The translations under genes and the position numbers were made by a program. Positions 13,624-27,309 of a stretch of DNA of 64,000 nt are shown piece by piece. Under the pieces are notes generated by a model that was given only the letters and a program-made list of their open reading frames with translations, was not told where the DNA came from and made no database searches. This DNA comes from Balanoglossus misakiensis (lineage: Eukaryota > Animalia > Hemichordata), in NCBI GenBank assembly GCA_040954595.2, contig CM082584.2:3414110-3478109 (forward strand), read 5' to 3'. The first letter of the stretch is position 1. Each line of letters begins with the position of its first letter.

Positions 13624-15442
13624 AGTTCAGTTCACTTAAGGCAGTTATGGCTTTCCATACAGACCTAACTGTGCCGTTTATGTGGCGGTCACACAGGTTT
13701 CCCGTTATGTAACCGTCTTGCGTGACCTTCACAGAACCCTCCGCTTATATGCCGCATTTCCGTTCAGCAGAAATGAGACGGTTTCATCTGATAACCGACG
13801 CCAATCAGAACAACGGATCTTAGCTTAGACGCACGGGGAATCGCCCGGAAACATTTCTAAATAACCCTCGTTAATCGGATAAAACGTGTAGCATGCATGT
13901 TTTGGTATAGCAATGCCCCCACCGGCAAAAAAAAATAAAAAAATAAAACAGTATGGTCCCTGCTAAAATATGAACGTTTTCACGTGTTGTGTGTGTGAGT
14001 TTTAGCAAAATAAAAGGTCACGAACGCTTATAGACATACACGTATGCCAACGTAAGGCGCAAGTAACTGGAAATTTAGCTTAGCTGAACACTACATGCAC
14101 AGAAAGAACGGGAAGCGCACAACAAATTGAAATACCTGCGAAAGAAACATCGGGCGAAGAGAAATTAGACCTACAAAGGAAAGGAAAAACAGTCAAATTA
14201 GTTAGACATCCTTCGGGAAACGAACCAGAACGTTAATTACACTAATCTTACGCGCTACGTTTACACCCATAACACATTTCGCATTAAGGTGTGACTGGGA
14301 ACGGCACTTTCAACAATTGACCAAACTGCGTGATCACCTGCAGTAAAGTGCGACTACTACTATTTAAAAAAAAAGATGCTGCCCGAGAAAAATGTTTCTG
14401 TTTTCTGAAATAAACCATGGAAATATATCACATGGAACGACGGGCTTGAGACAAAACCGTTGTAGGGCCCAGTCTTGAATTCGAACTGACGTGCTAGCGA
14501 AAAACGCGCCAGTCGGGATTTCAGAGTATCTACATGTAGGGCCTGAACCATGGGGAGACAACTATACGAACTTCGCGAAAATGACAAAAGGGCGCGGACA
14601 TACACGTGACATTGACCGCGTACACCTTTGCTCTGCGCAAAGACCTATTGAACCCCGACCTTGACGCTGAACTTAAAAGATTGTCAACATCCCGCGAAAT
14701 GTTTAATGTTCCAGTCAAGATATTAGAAGTTTATAAAACTTTCATTGACAGGGAATGTGAATTATGTCGAATATTTGACATATTTACAAAATAATATGAA
14801 ATCAATGAGGTTCGACCCAAGACTGTAAAAAGGCACGTGGCGAGTTTGCTATCGGGTGTGTTCTTAGATTCGTAATATGTGTAGTAATATGTGGTTGGCG
14901 TGTATTGTGAGGATATTATGTAAAGTGTATCAGTCAATCTCTCGGTTTCTGCAACTGTCTCGCTTTTTTCAATACTGTACTATCAACAAGCGTTGACTCT
15001 GGCCACAAGACAGTTAAGTCCGTTACTTGTTGAAGCATGGTGTTGACATATATTGCTTGAATTATTACATTGATTTTGAGTCTACATGTTTTTCTTAAAA
15101 TATTTGTCTTTTTGTTATGTGTTATACATCTGGAAAGTAAACTAAAATGACTCACATATGAAACAAGTGTGGGGTTTAACGTGGTGGCATCACGTGGTCA
15201 GCATCACCTAATGAAAGCCATTTGTTATAAAAACATGTGTTTATCTTGAAGAAAAGGAATGTCGCGAATCATAACACGTTCAATTCAAATGCAATTTTTT
15301 ATTCCAGAATTCACGTGGAAAGATCCTGATTACTCTACCTCATTATTGATTCGTGGGCCAGTTTTCGTGTTTGATTTAGTTTCTTAAGTGTCTCGCTTTG
15401 TATCGTTCGTTGTACATATCTGTAATGCCCAGCCGGGGCGCG

Positions 15443-17200
15443 ATGGCTATGGGCTGCAAGCTGTATAGGCATTTTGAGGAAATCAGCTTGGTCTTAGCAA
15501 TTGCAGTGTTCAACGTCTGTTTCTCACAAAAAGGTAAGTCTTTTTTCTCGTAGTTTCATAAAAAAATACATTTAACCAAATTGTGTTTGTTCATTCATCA
15601 TGTAGACCAAGATGCCATAAAGTTTATTACTTAATTTTATTAGTTTTCTGAAGTTTTGGTTATGAGTACCATCCACTTGAAAAATCTCGCTACGTCTTTT
15701 TGTAGTGTATGCCTATGTTCAGTATTAACTGAATTATATGACCTGCCAATGAAATGAATTCAACTACGTCATGGTACAGGAGAAGGAACGTAATTCTTTG
15801 GTTTACGCCATATTGTGTGAATTTTCCTCCGCCATTGTTCAACGCACCTACTTTTTGATTTGATTTTTTGTGCTTTGACAGCTATTTCTGTTCGACTGGT
15901 CGAAGGAGCCATAAGCCCGTATGAGGGTCAAGTTGAAGCGTACCGATCTGGCAGCGGTTGGTCACCGGTCTTGCGAAGCAGCTGGGGGTTTGCTGACGCT
16001 GATGTCGTCTGCAACGAGCTAGGTACATGTAATATGTTGTGTCGTTTGAAATTAAAGATTAAAGATTCGTCGCTCGCTATGAACGCCGCCCAGGTGTTAT
16101 CATGCCACTGCAGTACTGTTATCCTTGTGTACCATACTGAATTTCAACCGCCAATTTGCCACCTTCAAAATTATTGTCTTACAGAGTAGAGAGGTGGGGC
16201 CGTGAAGAATGTAAAACAAGTGATGTTTAACAACCGCAGCGAATGAGCAATACCAGTATTGACAAAACTTACTCAGCTTGACAAAATATTTGGTGTTATT
16301 GCCCTACAGTATAGTCTATATCTCAAGTCATAGACCATATTCGCAAGTAGTGTGTATGCTAATCGTTTCGCGCCTTGTTTTGCCAGGTCATCCTGGTGCT
16401 ATGTCGTGGGGTTGGCGGGAAAACGCTCTCGATGCCGATAGCCGCCTGAGAATCGTCAACGTGCGATGTGTTGGCAACGAGACGTCATTGATGCACTGCC
16501 CTCACGCGACTACATACAGGTATCAAACAGCGGCCACAGTGTCTTGTAATTGTAAGTCAACCAAGTACAAAAAATTCACATAACTGGTATTTTGCTTTGG
16601 ACTTGTTGTTTCAAGTTTGTATTGTACCTGGTCTTCCAGTCATCCATGCACCAGCTGCCTATAACACGCATTGTGCAACCTTTGAATATAATATTTTCTT
16701 CATTGGAATGTGTGAACTAAAACATTGCAAGACTCCCATTGCATAGAAATTAAATTTTCTCCCGTGGGAGGAATAAAAACGCCAGGCATATTTTCATTAT
16801 ACTACTATCATAACTTTCTATATATCCAATGACGACAGATGACGGGTATCTCGGTTGCTATCGCAATGACAGGAGCGACCCCGTTTTCTCACAGTACATC
16901 AAGTATTCACAGCGAATGACGATCCAAAAATGCCTAGAGTACCGTCATACACGTAACACCACGTACGCAGGCCTTCTTAGCGGCAACCGTTGTTACTGTG
17001 GAAACCAGGACTCACGGTACGCCCGCTATGGTAGAGTGAGCAGCGAGCTGTGTGACGCCAGGTGCAGGGGAGACTATGACCGTATGTGTGGAGGACTCAA
17101 TGAAATTGCCATTTATCTGGGTACGGCTGTTTTTTCTGCCGTCCATTCTTTTCTACGCATGAAGAAAGTGTTTCGAGGTTGTGGTGGGTGGTGGTGTTGG

Positions 17201-17250
<50 letters not shown>

Positions 17251-20200
17251 ACCAGAACATATGTGAGAACCTGTTGGACTTACATGTCGAAGTTTCTCTG
17301 CAGATAACCAAATTTAAATGACTCGTGTACCGGCCACTATAGGACACCATTGCCCAAAACTGAGATGTTACTGACTATATAAATACTCTTAAAATGATCG
17401 ACGTTGCATATTTCGTTTCTCTCCCCCCCCCCCTCTCTCTAGCATCCATGAGTTCATGTGGAGGTCACAGAAATGGAAATGGTACCATATTCTCCCCTGG
17501 TTTCCCGGGAAGTTTGACCCCCGGGAAGAATTATCACTGCGTGTGGAGTATTACAGCAACATATGGAACAACAGTGGAACTGACCTTTTCGCTGTTCAGC
17601 CAGATGGGTCAAGAGGATCACGTTGTCATATATGAAAAGCCAGACGACACGTACTTAGAAATCGGGAGGATGGACTTTTCAACTTCCGCCGCGGTGTGGC
17701 GCTCGTGCTCCAATGAAGTGTACGTGGATTTTTATTTGGAGGCCACCAGTGACACTGGTGGAGAGGTTGGCGGAGGGATATTTATTATAGAGTTCAAAGG
17801 TGAGAGGTCAAATGCTACATCTGTGATGGGTCAAACGCGTAGGCGGCAAGTAACTTTGGAATGTGATAAAATGTAACGAGAGGCATTGTTTGCCAAGACG
17901 GGCTATGTAATACAAAGTAACGTACAACCGCATTGTTTGCAATAAATTACATAGTAGCAGTTACACTTTGCATCTGTTTTGACAAACTGGCAACTGTGTC
18001 GTATGGGACCCCAACTGCAAATGGGGACGGCGCCCACCCTTTATTTCTGATTCAAATATAAAGTAAAATGTTTCACTTTTTATCGTTCGTAGAAATCCCA
18101 ACGGTATGTGAAATCCCAATGGACTCCAATCCTAATGCAGACTTTATCGTTGGTGGCTTCTGCCCATACAAGTACACCGTCACTTGCCATGAGGGGTATC
18201 AGCTGAGTACTTTGCATTCTCAGGTTTGGTGCCAAGAGAGTGGAACTTGGAATGATAACATACCAACCTGTTTCGGTAGGTACCGAAGTTGATGGATGGA
18301 TGGATGGATGCATGGGTGGGTTGAGTGTGAGACGGGTTACTTATGTACATTGGCTGCGATATCTTCCCTGTTTCCTAACATAATTTTTTGAGAATTCTTT
18401 CTACCCCTTTAATGACGAATTCGTATATTACTATCAATTTCATAAAGTTGTGGATTGCGGTGACCCAGGTTATGTGACCAACGCTGACAGACATGGCGAT
18501 AGCTTCACATATTCAGATACAGTGAAATACAGCTGCCACGAGGGTTATTCCAGCACCGGACATGATGTCATCTTGTGTACCCGAACGGGCAAGTGGACCC
18601 AAAAGCCACACTGTGTCAGAAACGGTAATTGTACTTTCAAACTCTTGTTTCGAAAGATTAGCATTTCAAAAAATATATTCGCTATTACAAGGTACCATGA
18701 TCAAATACATTAGGCTTACTCTCTATATGACCACCTTACACACTTTTACTTCCGATGGTATGGGCTTGTCCAGTTTCAACATCTTGGGATTAAAAACGCG
18801 TAAAACGTTGAAAGCATCTACTGCAAAACAACCGAAAATGGAAAACTAATAGAATCCAAATGACAGCATGAGAAAATGCGTCCTTTATTATTTAAAACGT
18901 TACCTAAGATTCTGGCATACTTGGAGTTCAGTAAGTACAGTAGAAATGCTGTTTTACAATTTCTTCCGCAGTTACTACAGTTGTTACATTATTTTCGGAA
19001 AAAGAGGAAAAGCATTTCGAAGGTAAGACACCATTTGGGAAACCTAGCATATAAACATTGCTTAAAAGACCTCCATCTTTTATCAAAGCCGAGCGAATTC
19101 ATGCCACAGAACTGAACTACTGGCGGCTGTGTGTTTTCTGTCTGAAAACACAAACTTAAACAGAACTAAATCGACTGGTAATGAGAACATATCTGTTGGA
19201 TTCTCGTGACCACTAAATATCACCTTGTTCAGCTTAATGCCAATACATCTGATTTTTAGTAGGTTACCATGATGGCTTATCATAGCCAGTTGCTCGCCGA
19301 CAAATATATGTCAGTTTGATCGTTCTTTTTTCTAGGCTCAAGATATATTATCAACTTATGCGTTGCTATGGTAATTGCGATATTGATAATTGCTGCAGCG
19401 CTGGCTGTTGTGTTTTGGATCCGACGACGGTAAGTCACGTGGCTGCAGTAGCACACGGTCACCAAGTTTTCATTTCGCAAAAGACGGAGGGAAATGTGGC
19501 ACCCTCACTGCAAGATTATTCTTACGCACCAAACACTCGCCACTACACAAATCCTTGGAGACATTTTGCTGTTTACAAAAGAAACAGAGACATAGAGAAA
19601 TTGTTGCTTAAATGGCGGATGGAGTCATGTTGAAGTAAAAGGGTTTTAGTCCCTATAAAAAACAAAAAGTCATGCAGCCGTGCCTTCAGTTTTACCAAAA
19701 TAAAGTATGGAGATGCCGGGTTTCGAACCCGGGGCCTCGCGCATGCAAAGCGCGCGCTCTACCACTGAGCTACATCCCCTGCATATCTAGGTTGGTTAGA
19801 GACAGATTATGAAATAAAAATCACAGTTCCTGTTTTTTTGTAAGTATGCTAAGTCATGTTGATATAGAAAGGTGTTGTCGAGCCTCGCCTTAGTTAAACA
19901 ATGGCACTTTCCTTCCGTACTCTTCAGCTATACAGAACATGCGTTAGGGATTGTGAATACGATGTTATCACACTCTGAGACATCTTGACGTTGCGAAGAA
20001 GAAATAACAAGTTAGTTAATTTATCAATTTTATTCAAGTACCGCATTTAATTAAATTTTCTCCTTTATTCTTTAAAGGAATTTAGAGAAGCGAAATGTCG
20101 GTTTAACAAGTCTTATTCGACGACTCCCAAAACAGAGCATACGACGAATAGGCAACTATGATTCTAGCGAAGTCATCGCAAATCGCGCACAGGAGCGAAT

Positions 20201-20597
20201 TGTCGCAAACGGGGTGCCCGCATCCGAGATGGTGATAACACCCTCGAAGAATTTGACCGTGCTTGACCCGCGCGATCGGCAAGAGCGTTCTGCGGGAACG
20301 GCGCAGAAAGAGAAATCTCCCCGGCGGAACAACTCGGAGTGTCCTGGTGATGGACAGTGCCAGCATACTGACGTCACCAAGGTAACCTGCGAAACGCCCG
20401 GTGGCGCAAGAACAACTCTCAAGAACAATGGCAGTTGCATATACGAAGTGCATGGTTACGAAACCGTGAAAAAGGAACTCAACCACGACAATATCCCAGA
20501 CGCCTGCTGCGGTACTGGATTTGTGGACAACATTGCATACGACTCAATCCAAACAGGAAGATCCACACGTCCTGTCTGGAGAGCCCATTATCACTAA
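15443..20597 (+). CDS. Type I membrane receptor, about 686 aa: signal peptide-SRCR-WSC-CUB-CCP-CCP-TM-cytoplasmic tail with Tyr motifs
   Basis: Phase-consistent GT-AG exons: 15443-15533 (signal), 15882-16022 + 16387-16551 (SRCR: VRLVEG..YEGQVE..W...ADVVCNELG..NVRCVGNETSLMHC), 16839-17120 (WSC: GYLGCY..MTIQKC..YAGL..CYCG..CGG), 17443-17799 (CUB: CGG..GTIFSPGFP..CVWSI), 18093-18275 and 18448-18624 (sushi), 18972-19022 (linker, less certain), 19336-19429 (TM), 20078-20597. Total 2061 nt, open frame. Confidence 0.88.
17200..17249. repeat. (GAT)n microsatellite, intronic
   Basis: Direct inspection. Confidence 0.95.
19708..19779 (-). tRNA. trnA-UGC: tRNA-Ala(TGC), antisense within the last intron of the receptor gene
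   Basis: GGGGATGTAGCTCAGTGGTAGAGCGCGCGCTTTGCATGCGCGAGGCCCCGGGTTCGAAACCCGGCATCTCCA; 72-nt cloverleaf, G3:U70 pair, A/B boxes, downstream T4. Confidence 0.95.
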
Positions 20598-21522
20598 GAA
20601 TTGCATGGAATTTGTCAAGGTGCCTCTTTCTTGAGTCACATTTAAAGGCAAGGGATCGTCGCGCCGCGTGGGTGTTCCCTTCAATGAGAATATGTCCTCC
20701 CATACCAGCAAATACACCACTTCAATCGCAACTATCTATTAGGATCTTCAGTTGCTGTTATTCTCAGTCTACGCTACGGTTGGCTACTTCGTTCATTCTG
20801 AGAACTATCTTATTTGAGGGATTTGTGGATGAATTGTAATGTTTATAAACAAACAAACGCGGCGCGACGACCCCCCCATTTTAAAGGCTGGATGTCGAAA
20901 AACCTTTGCTGTGGGGCCCGTTTGATACCACCTAAGTCAAAATAGAAACAAAGTGTATATGCTACAATGTATATCATTACAAACAAAGTGGTTGTTATTT
21001 TGTATCTCTAGAAATTAAAGTTCTATGAGGAAAATAGGAACTAATGACTTTCCGCTATTCAGCAAAAAAATGAATGAATGCAATGACAACATACTAGTGC
21101 CATAACCAATATGTTTATTCCAAAAAGATAATAACAACGCCAACGATAACTGCAAGAGACTGGCCCATGCAGGCGTGATGTTTGAAATACTTTTTACTAT
21201 GAGAAGGATCGAAAGAGAAAAAAATTGTAATCAATAGCCATTTTTTTCATGCATACATCGCAGTTTAACCGCGAGGGACGTCTATCTTCCCTGTTGACTT
21301 TCAGTGAAGGCTGATTCAGTGTGGAATTCGGGCTCCACAGTCAGCACAGTCGGTTCGCAGACGCTGTATTGCGAATTGGGTCCACCGTCACCACATTCAC
21401 CGTCTCCTTTGTAATAGCAGGTATTCTCACACAATTGGGAATCTAAGCGAAAGATCAATTGTAATATTATGGTGCGTTGCCCCCGAATCGTTCTTTATTA
21501 CATTCAATTAAAATTTTTATAC

Positions 21523-21532
21523 AGTCTGTCTA

Positions 21533-21565
<33 letters not shown>

Positions 21566-21682
21566 GTGTATGTATGTATGTATGTATGTATGTATGTATG
21601 TATGTATGTATGTATGTATGTATGTATGTATGTATGTATGTATGTACATGTATGTATGTACATGTATGTATGTATGTATGTA
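21523..21682. repeat. (TCTG)n-(TATG)n compound microsatellite
   Basis: Direct inspection. Confidence 0.95.
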
Positions 21683-21832
21683 CGAAGTATGCGGTTCGAC
21701 TGGTCCGATACAAAGTGCTCAATACAAGAGTAGAGCGGAGTATAAAGAAGGGTAGTAGGAGAAACGAAAGGCGGTAAAATCTCTACAACGCTGTTTCGTG
21801 AGTCACTAGACTCACTCATCAGGAGACTAAAC

Positions 21833-21926
21833 TGTATGTATGTATGTATGTATGTATGTATGTATGTATGTATGTATGTATGTATGTATGTATGTATGTA
21901 TGTATGTATGTATGTATGTATGTATG
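21833..21926. repeat. (TATG)n microsatellite
   Basis: Direct inspection. Confidence 0.95.
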
Positions 21927-22427
21927 CAATACACATTAAACACTTCTACTCATGTTAAATATTTTCCCCATAATGATAAAATGTGTTCACGGTAAAATAA
22001 AACGTACTCACTTCTATAGTCAATGCATTGAGGGCATGTACAGTGGTCTGCGCTGTTACCACACCAGTCATAAGGTGAACAACAAGGATATATACCATTA
22101 GGGTCACATTCTGCTGGACTGCCGTCAAGAAGGGGGTAGTTAGATCCACATCTTCCATCGTCTCGCCATTTTTTGTCTCCTACATATTCAGATTGTGGGC
22201 AAATAAACGAAAAATGTTTACGATTACAATAGACTGAAATATTCAGTCGTTAGCGGGCGCTCTGCTGACTCCACCATCGGGGGTGCGTTCGACGTACGAA
22301 GCGTTCGGTAACGTTCGGTAACGTTTTCATGTCGAACGATCTTTTGTCATTGTTTTTCGCGAACGTTTTGTAACAATGGAAGGCGTAAGACGGAGGTGGC
22401 TCGCGGCGAACAACTCATCAATTCAAA

Positions 22428-25400
22428 ATGGCGGACAGGTAAGTCAAAGTACGACTCGCAGGGCATATTTTCGAACAAGTTGTAGAATATTTGTCGATTT
22501 AGGTAGTGATAGTTTTACCAAGCGAAAGCTTGTACTTTTTTCCATCAATACACCAATTCACACGGATTGTACCGCTACTGTCTTGTGTAAAACGGTTTAA
22601 AAGTGGTATGCACTTCCGGAATCATGAACGACACGTGGGTTATGTATTACATTTGTAGGAATTTTGTTTTATTTCGTTTTGGTTAGGTCACAACTATGCC
22701 GAGCAGAATTTAGTGTATCCGGCAAGACGTTTTCAGTGTTGTTGGACGAAGATACTTACCGAAAAGCTGTAGTTCATAAAGGTAAAGTCATGATTATTCA
22801 GACCATATAAAGTTAAGATACATTATAATTTTCGATATCTGTGGTTACTGCAACAATGTTCGATAAATATTTGTATCGCTATGTGTGCGTTGGTGTTGAT
22901 TCTTCCCATAAATTCTGTTATCATGCGGACATCCATGAAAATATCCAGTGCTTTTGTTATTTGTGAATTTATATTGGTAATTGTAAGGACATTTCATGGC
23001 AGCAATCTGCAGTGAATGACTTTATTGTCAGGAACAAATGTGACACCTTTCCGGTTAGATCAATCCACATTATCAGAAATATGCAAGGCTTGCAAAGAGT
23101 CATGTGACGGGAAGTTATTCTTGTGATTGACAGATCATTTTCAATTTAAAGAAACATTTTTAATAGAGAAATGAAATATTCATGAGTACATGTAAGTACA
23201 TGTAGGTAACCCTTTCTAATCTAGAATATAGAAACATGTATAAGGAAGTTGTAGACTGCTTTTTTGCTTTTCACTTAAGATTTGGTTGATGATCAGTCCG
23301 TATAGTAATTGAGATGTGTAAGTTCAGTCCGAACAGATATGACAGATGATTCTTAATTTCCCACAATTAATTGTCATACAGTTAATGACATATCTGCTGT
23401 CTAAATGTGATCATTACAATAAAATTATTTCACTTGAGTCAACATTGCCATTTTCTACCTTCCCTTTTTAATTGCATTTGTTATAGTCATTTCATTTGTC
23501 ACTGACTATTGTTGGAGTCCGAAGTAGGAACTAGAAAGTGTTAATTGATTTTGAAAATTCAATTCCAATTCATTCCACATCACCAGTTTCTTATATTTAG
23601 CCAATGTGTGTTGTATCTTTTCAATGTATAGAGTCACCAAGATTTGAAACAGTGCCTGCAGTGTTGGCTGATGAAAATATTCATCAAGGTAAGTCATTTT
23701 CCAACCAGTATAACACGTGTATTGATATTGATGACCAATGTATTGTAAGAGTCATCATGATAAAGTAGTAAGGTTCAATATATTGTAAGTGGATATTGAA
23801 CACTTTGTTTTATTTTGTTGTACAGATTCTGCAGCAAGATCTGAAGCAGTGCCTGTAAAATTGCACGTCGCAAATGTAAATAAAGGTATGTCATTTTCCA
23901 ACCAGTATAACACGTGTATTGATATTGATGACCAATGTATTGTAAGAGTCATCATGATAAAATAGTAAGGTTCAATATATTATAAGTGGATATTGAACAC
24001 TTTGTTTTATTTTGTTGTACAGATTCTGCAGCAAGATCTGAAGCAGTGCCTGTAAAATTGCACGTCACAAATGTAAATTAAGGTACATGTATGTCATTTT
24101 CCAACCAATGTAACGTGATTCCCACATTGCCAGTATTATGTACATATCTGAGATATGAATACACTTCAATTTTTTGTACATTTGCTGCATCTTTAAGACT
24201 CAGTTGATTCTCTCTTGCAGATTTTGTATCTAACTCTCAGAATGTGTCTTGTACAAGTGCAAATAAAGGTGGGTATTTCAATTATTCTGCCATTTTCAAA
24301 GGAATGATCTGAGATGTGTGAAATGAAGGAAAATGTACACCAATTAATGTCTGGGTTGATGTGTGTTGGCAAGGATATGGTTTAACCTTCATAAACACAT
24401 AAGATATTGGCTCGTGACACTGTTGCTATGACAATTGACCAAAGTTTCAAGAAAACCATTTATAATCACTTAGCTTCCATGTACTTTATGACAAAAGCTA
24501 AGGTTTATATAGATTTGACATGTATTTTATTGACATTGCTGTTTATGTTATGTGCTTTCATGTTGTAAATGTAACATTTATTTTCCAGAATCATCCACAA
24601 CAAACTGGTCACATGCTGCTGTTCTAATGCTAATTGAAACATTTAGGGAACAGCAAGACATGTTTTCATCACCAACGATGAAAAAAATTGATGTATGGAA
24701 AAAAATAGCATTTAAGATGAAGCAGTATGGCCACCCCTCCACAGGAGAAAGCTGTGACAAGAAAATGAGAGGTTTGAAATACAGGTAGGAGTTACTTTAT
24801 ACAATTACAAGTATGTAATAACAGTAAATCCACCCACACTTCAGCTGACATTCAGGTTGATTCATATTAAAAACCAGGACGTATTCATCAGAAAGGCAAG
24901 TCTCTGTAGTATCAGTTTTAAATACAATGCCCATGTACCAATGTTAGTAACAAGATATCAGTGGTTTCAGTACACCTCTGTATCAAAACGGTAATTTTCT
25001 TCAGCCATATGCCAACTCTTAGCACAGATCTGTCACAGAAGTAAGTCTTGCAAAAAGCCATACTCTTTTATTTCACACACAAGTACAAATGACGTGATGA
25101 ATTCATGTACCAGTACCATTAAGCATACAAACTGTAAGCTCTTTGGAATCTTTGTATTGTCGATTCCATGTAAGGCCACATGGAATCCTTTATATTTTCT
25201 TCATTTGTCATTAAATTAGTAGTAATTTTTTTTCTTTTCAATAACATTGTTAAAGGTACAAAATCATCTTGGATGGCAGAGATGAAACTGGAAAAGGAAA
25301 AAGAAAATGGGAGTATTTTGATATTATGGATGAGCTTATGTCACAGGATTCAGTTGTGAAACCTCGGACAACCATGTCTTCTTTGCCACAAAGTAAGTAC

Positions 25401-26024
25401 ACCTGTCATAATCTAAACTCATTCTCATATATTTTTGACGGCAAAGTGATACACTATTTATTGTATTATTGAAGGAAAATCATGGTTATGAGATTCAAAT
25501 TCAGCTGATACAACCCAATAAGCCAGGCATAATAAAGTGTATCTATGGAATAAGAGCACAGTCAATAGTACTGTGTATTTCAAGTTGTGGGAATTGTTAC
25601 ACAGTACAACATGTGTCATTGAATGCTTTCCTTGACAAGGGAACGTCTCTTATTTATATACACACAGTTGCTAGACAAACCTAAACACATACATAAATAC
25701 ACACATACATATGTGCAGGTGCCTACATGGTTAGTGCAGAAGTCATCCAATCAAATTGACAAAATCACGTAATTTTTTTATATGATGTACTATTTCAGAT
25801 AAAGATGAAAGGGAATCAAAAGCTAGTACTGTCCCTGACACACCAAAGCCTAAAAAGAAGAAAAAAAGCATGAGACCACAGCACCAAGTTGGTTCCAGAA
25901 TTTTGCAGATAGCCAGGCTCAACAGATGGAGAGGTTGGAGCATTTGCAAACAAATTTTCTGGAAGTTGCAAAGCAGCGAAATGATATTCTTAAAAGTCTT
26001 TCTGAATCTTTCTTAAAGGACTAG
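22428..26024 (+). pseudogene. Harbinger Myb/SANT-like (trihelix) DNA-binding protein, multi-exon, with a frameshift in an A-run near 25865
   Basis: ATG at 22428. Exons 24589-24784 (WSHAAVLMLIETF..VWKKIA..M..G..TGESCDKKMRGLKYR) and about 25256-25392 (YK....GKGKRKWEYFDIMDELM). The C-terminal coiled coil PSWFQNF..QQMERLE..RNDILKSL ends at TAG 26024 in a shifted frame. Confidence 0.8.
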
Positions 26025-27309
26025 AATGTTCAACTTGATGTTTCTTAAAAACATACACATGATTTATTAGGATATGCCTTGCATCGAGAAAGAACAAAAA
26101 GTAGGGATCTAATTCTAAACCACAAGTTGTTACATTGTATGTGAGACAGATTTGTCAGATGCAAAGAACTCTGATGAAGTGTGATATTTATTTTGAAATT
26201 TGTAATGAGACAGTTTTGTATGCGACTATTTTTTCCCCTCTTTGTTTCCATTGTCTTCAAAAGTCTGTGGAGCTATAGTAGTAAGTTGATTTCTGACCAT
26301 CTGTATGACATGTGTCTAAATTTTACATTTCAGTCTTCCCCTAAAGTTTTGGGCCTATAAAGCTACAATTTGTATGTGTCTTCAAGTGCCCAGAAGAATT
26401 TTGTTTTAAGACAATTTAACAGAGATAGAGTTATACACATTCAAAGTAGGTCTAAACTTTGGGCTTGCTGTTAACAATACTTTTAATACTTTTCGTAAAC
26501 TACAAGGCTTATAGGTAGTGCACTATTGTACTCACATATAATTTTTTACAGCCACACAGAAATAGACATAGTTTAACTGTTGTGTGCAGAGATATGTTGA
26601 ATCAATATTTACTGAAGCAAAGAAACAAAACATTCAACAGAGTCGTCTCCCCTAGTAGCTATTTGTTCTTAAATATCCAATGAACAACTCAAAAACTACT
26701 TGGCATTATTGTTAAACCCTGTTTTGTGTAGGTCTTTCAAACAAATTGTGATATTTTCAACACAAACCTGCCCTCAATCATTCTTCAAATCAAGGATGTA
26801 AATAGTTAATTTTCTTTACAATTTCTTTTAACTGTCAGCATTGGAAAAAGTAACTCGCAGCAATAAATGTATTGCATTCAAGGACGTTTTTTTACAATGA
26901 CATTTATTTTTTTTGTAACTATATGAGAGAACATTTAACTGTACAAGTACATTTGTACTTTATTTATTTTTATCCATATAAGTACATATGTACACATATG
27001 TATCTATATATATCTGTATTAAATAAAATATTTTAAAAGCCAGTTAAGACTGTTGTCTTTTTTTTCCTGAATGTATCTCTGTTATGAAAGACTAAAGCAT
27101 GAAACACATTTTCACAAATGCCAGGCTTTACCTCAAATGAAGGTCTAGCAAAGTATAAAAGATCATCAAGATTAAATATCACAGACAAACAAATCGCAAA
27201 TATTTTAGGTCGGAAAATCGTTATATAAAATAATTAACTTTGTTATTGTTTTATAACAAAAATTAAATGACTTCTGTGAATATTCAGTATTCATTTTCTC
27301 AGTATATTT

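Larger units (their letters stand above)
12110..13659 (-). mobile_element. One end of a probable IS3EU-type DNA transposon (terminus + subterminal repeats + start of internal gene)
   Basis: Minus-strand terminus TATGGAAAGCCATAACTGCC (CCATA at 13655-13659) matches the TAYGG termini known for IS3EU. It is followed by >1 kb of complex short repeats and then the SAM-coding exon. The other end and the TSD are not visible. Confidence 0.5.
21316..22179 (-). pseudogene. Last two exons of a Cys-rich extracellular protein gene: hevein-like (chitin-binding type 1-like) module + CxNTC...CxDGG...TDCxDCG module, frameshifted
   Basis: Exon 22179-22012 (phase 1-1) GDKKWRDDGRCGSNYPLLDGSPAECDPNGIYPCCSPYDWCGNSADHCTCPQCIDYR. 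Exon from 21442: NSQLCENTCYYKGDGECGDGGPNSQYSVCE, then a frameshift near 21354, then TDCADCGARIPH*. Upstream exons were not found. Confidence 0.72.

Noticed and set aside
12379-13732. Cys-rich ORFs as metallothionein- or keratin-associated-like proteins
   Set aside because: They overlap in several frames and on both strands of a minisatellite.
13660-15440. Short ORFs between the transposon end and the receptor gene
   Set aside because: No recognisable domains or consistent splice structure.
19928-20010. Extra cytoplasmic exon of the receptor
   Set aside because: It is AG/GT-bounded but 83 nt long with a stop in the required phase, and the gene is in frame without it.
21469-21936. CMYV/IHTY repeat ORFs
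   Set aside because: They are translations of (TATG)n microsatellites.
21955-22158. ORF MEDVDLTTPF... as a membrane peptide
   Set aside because: It is the wrong frame of the hevein-like exon.
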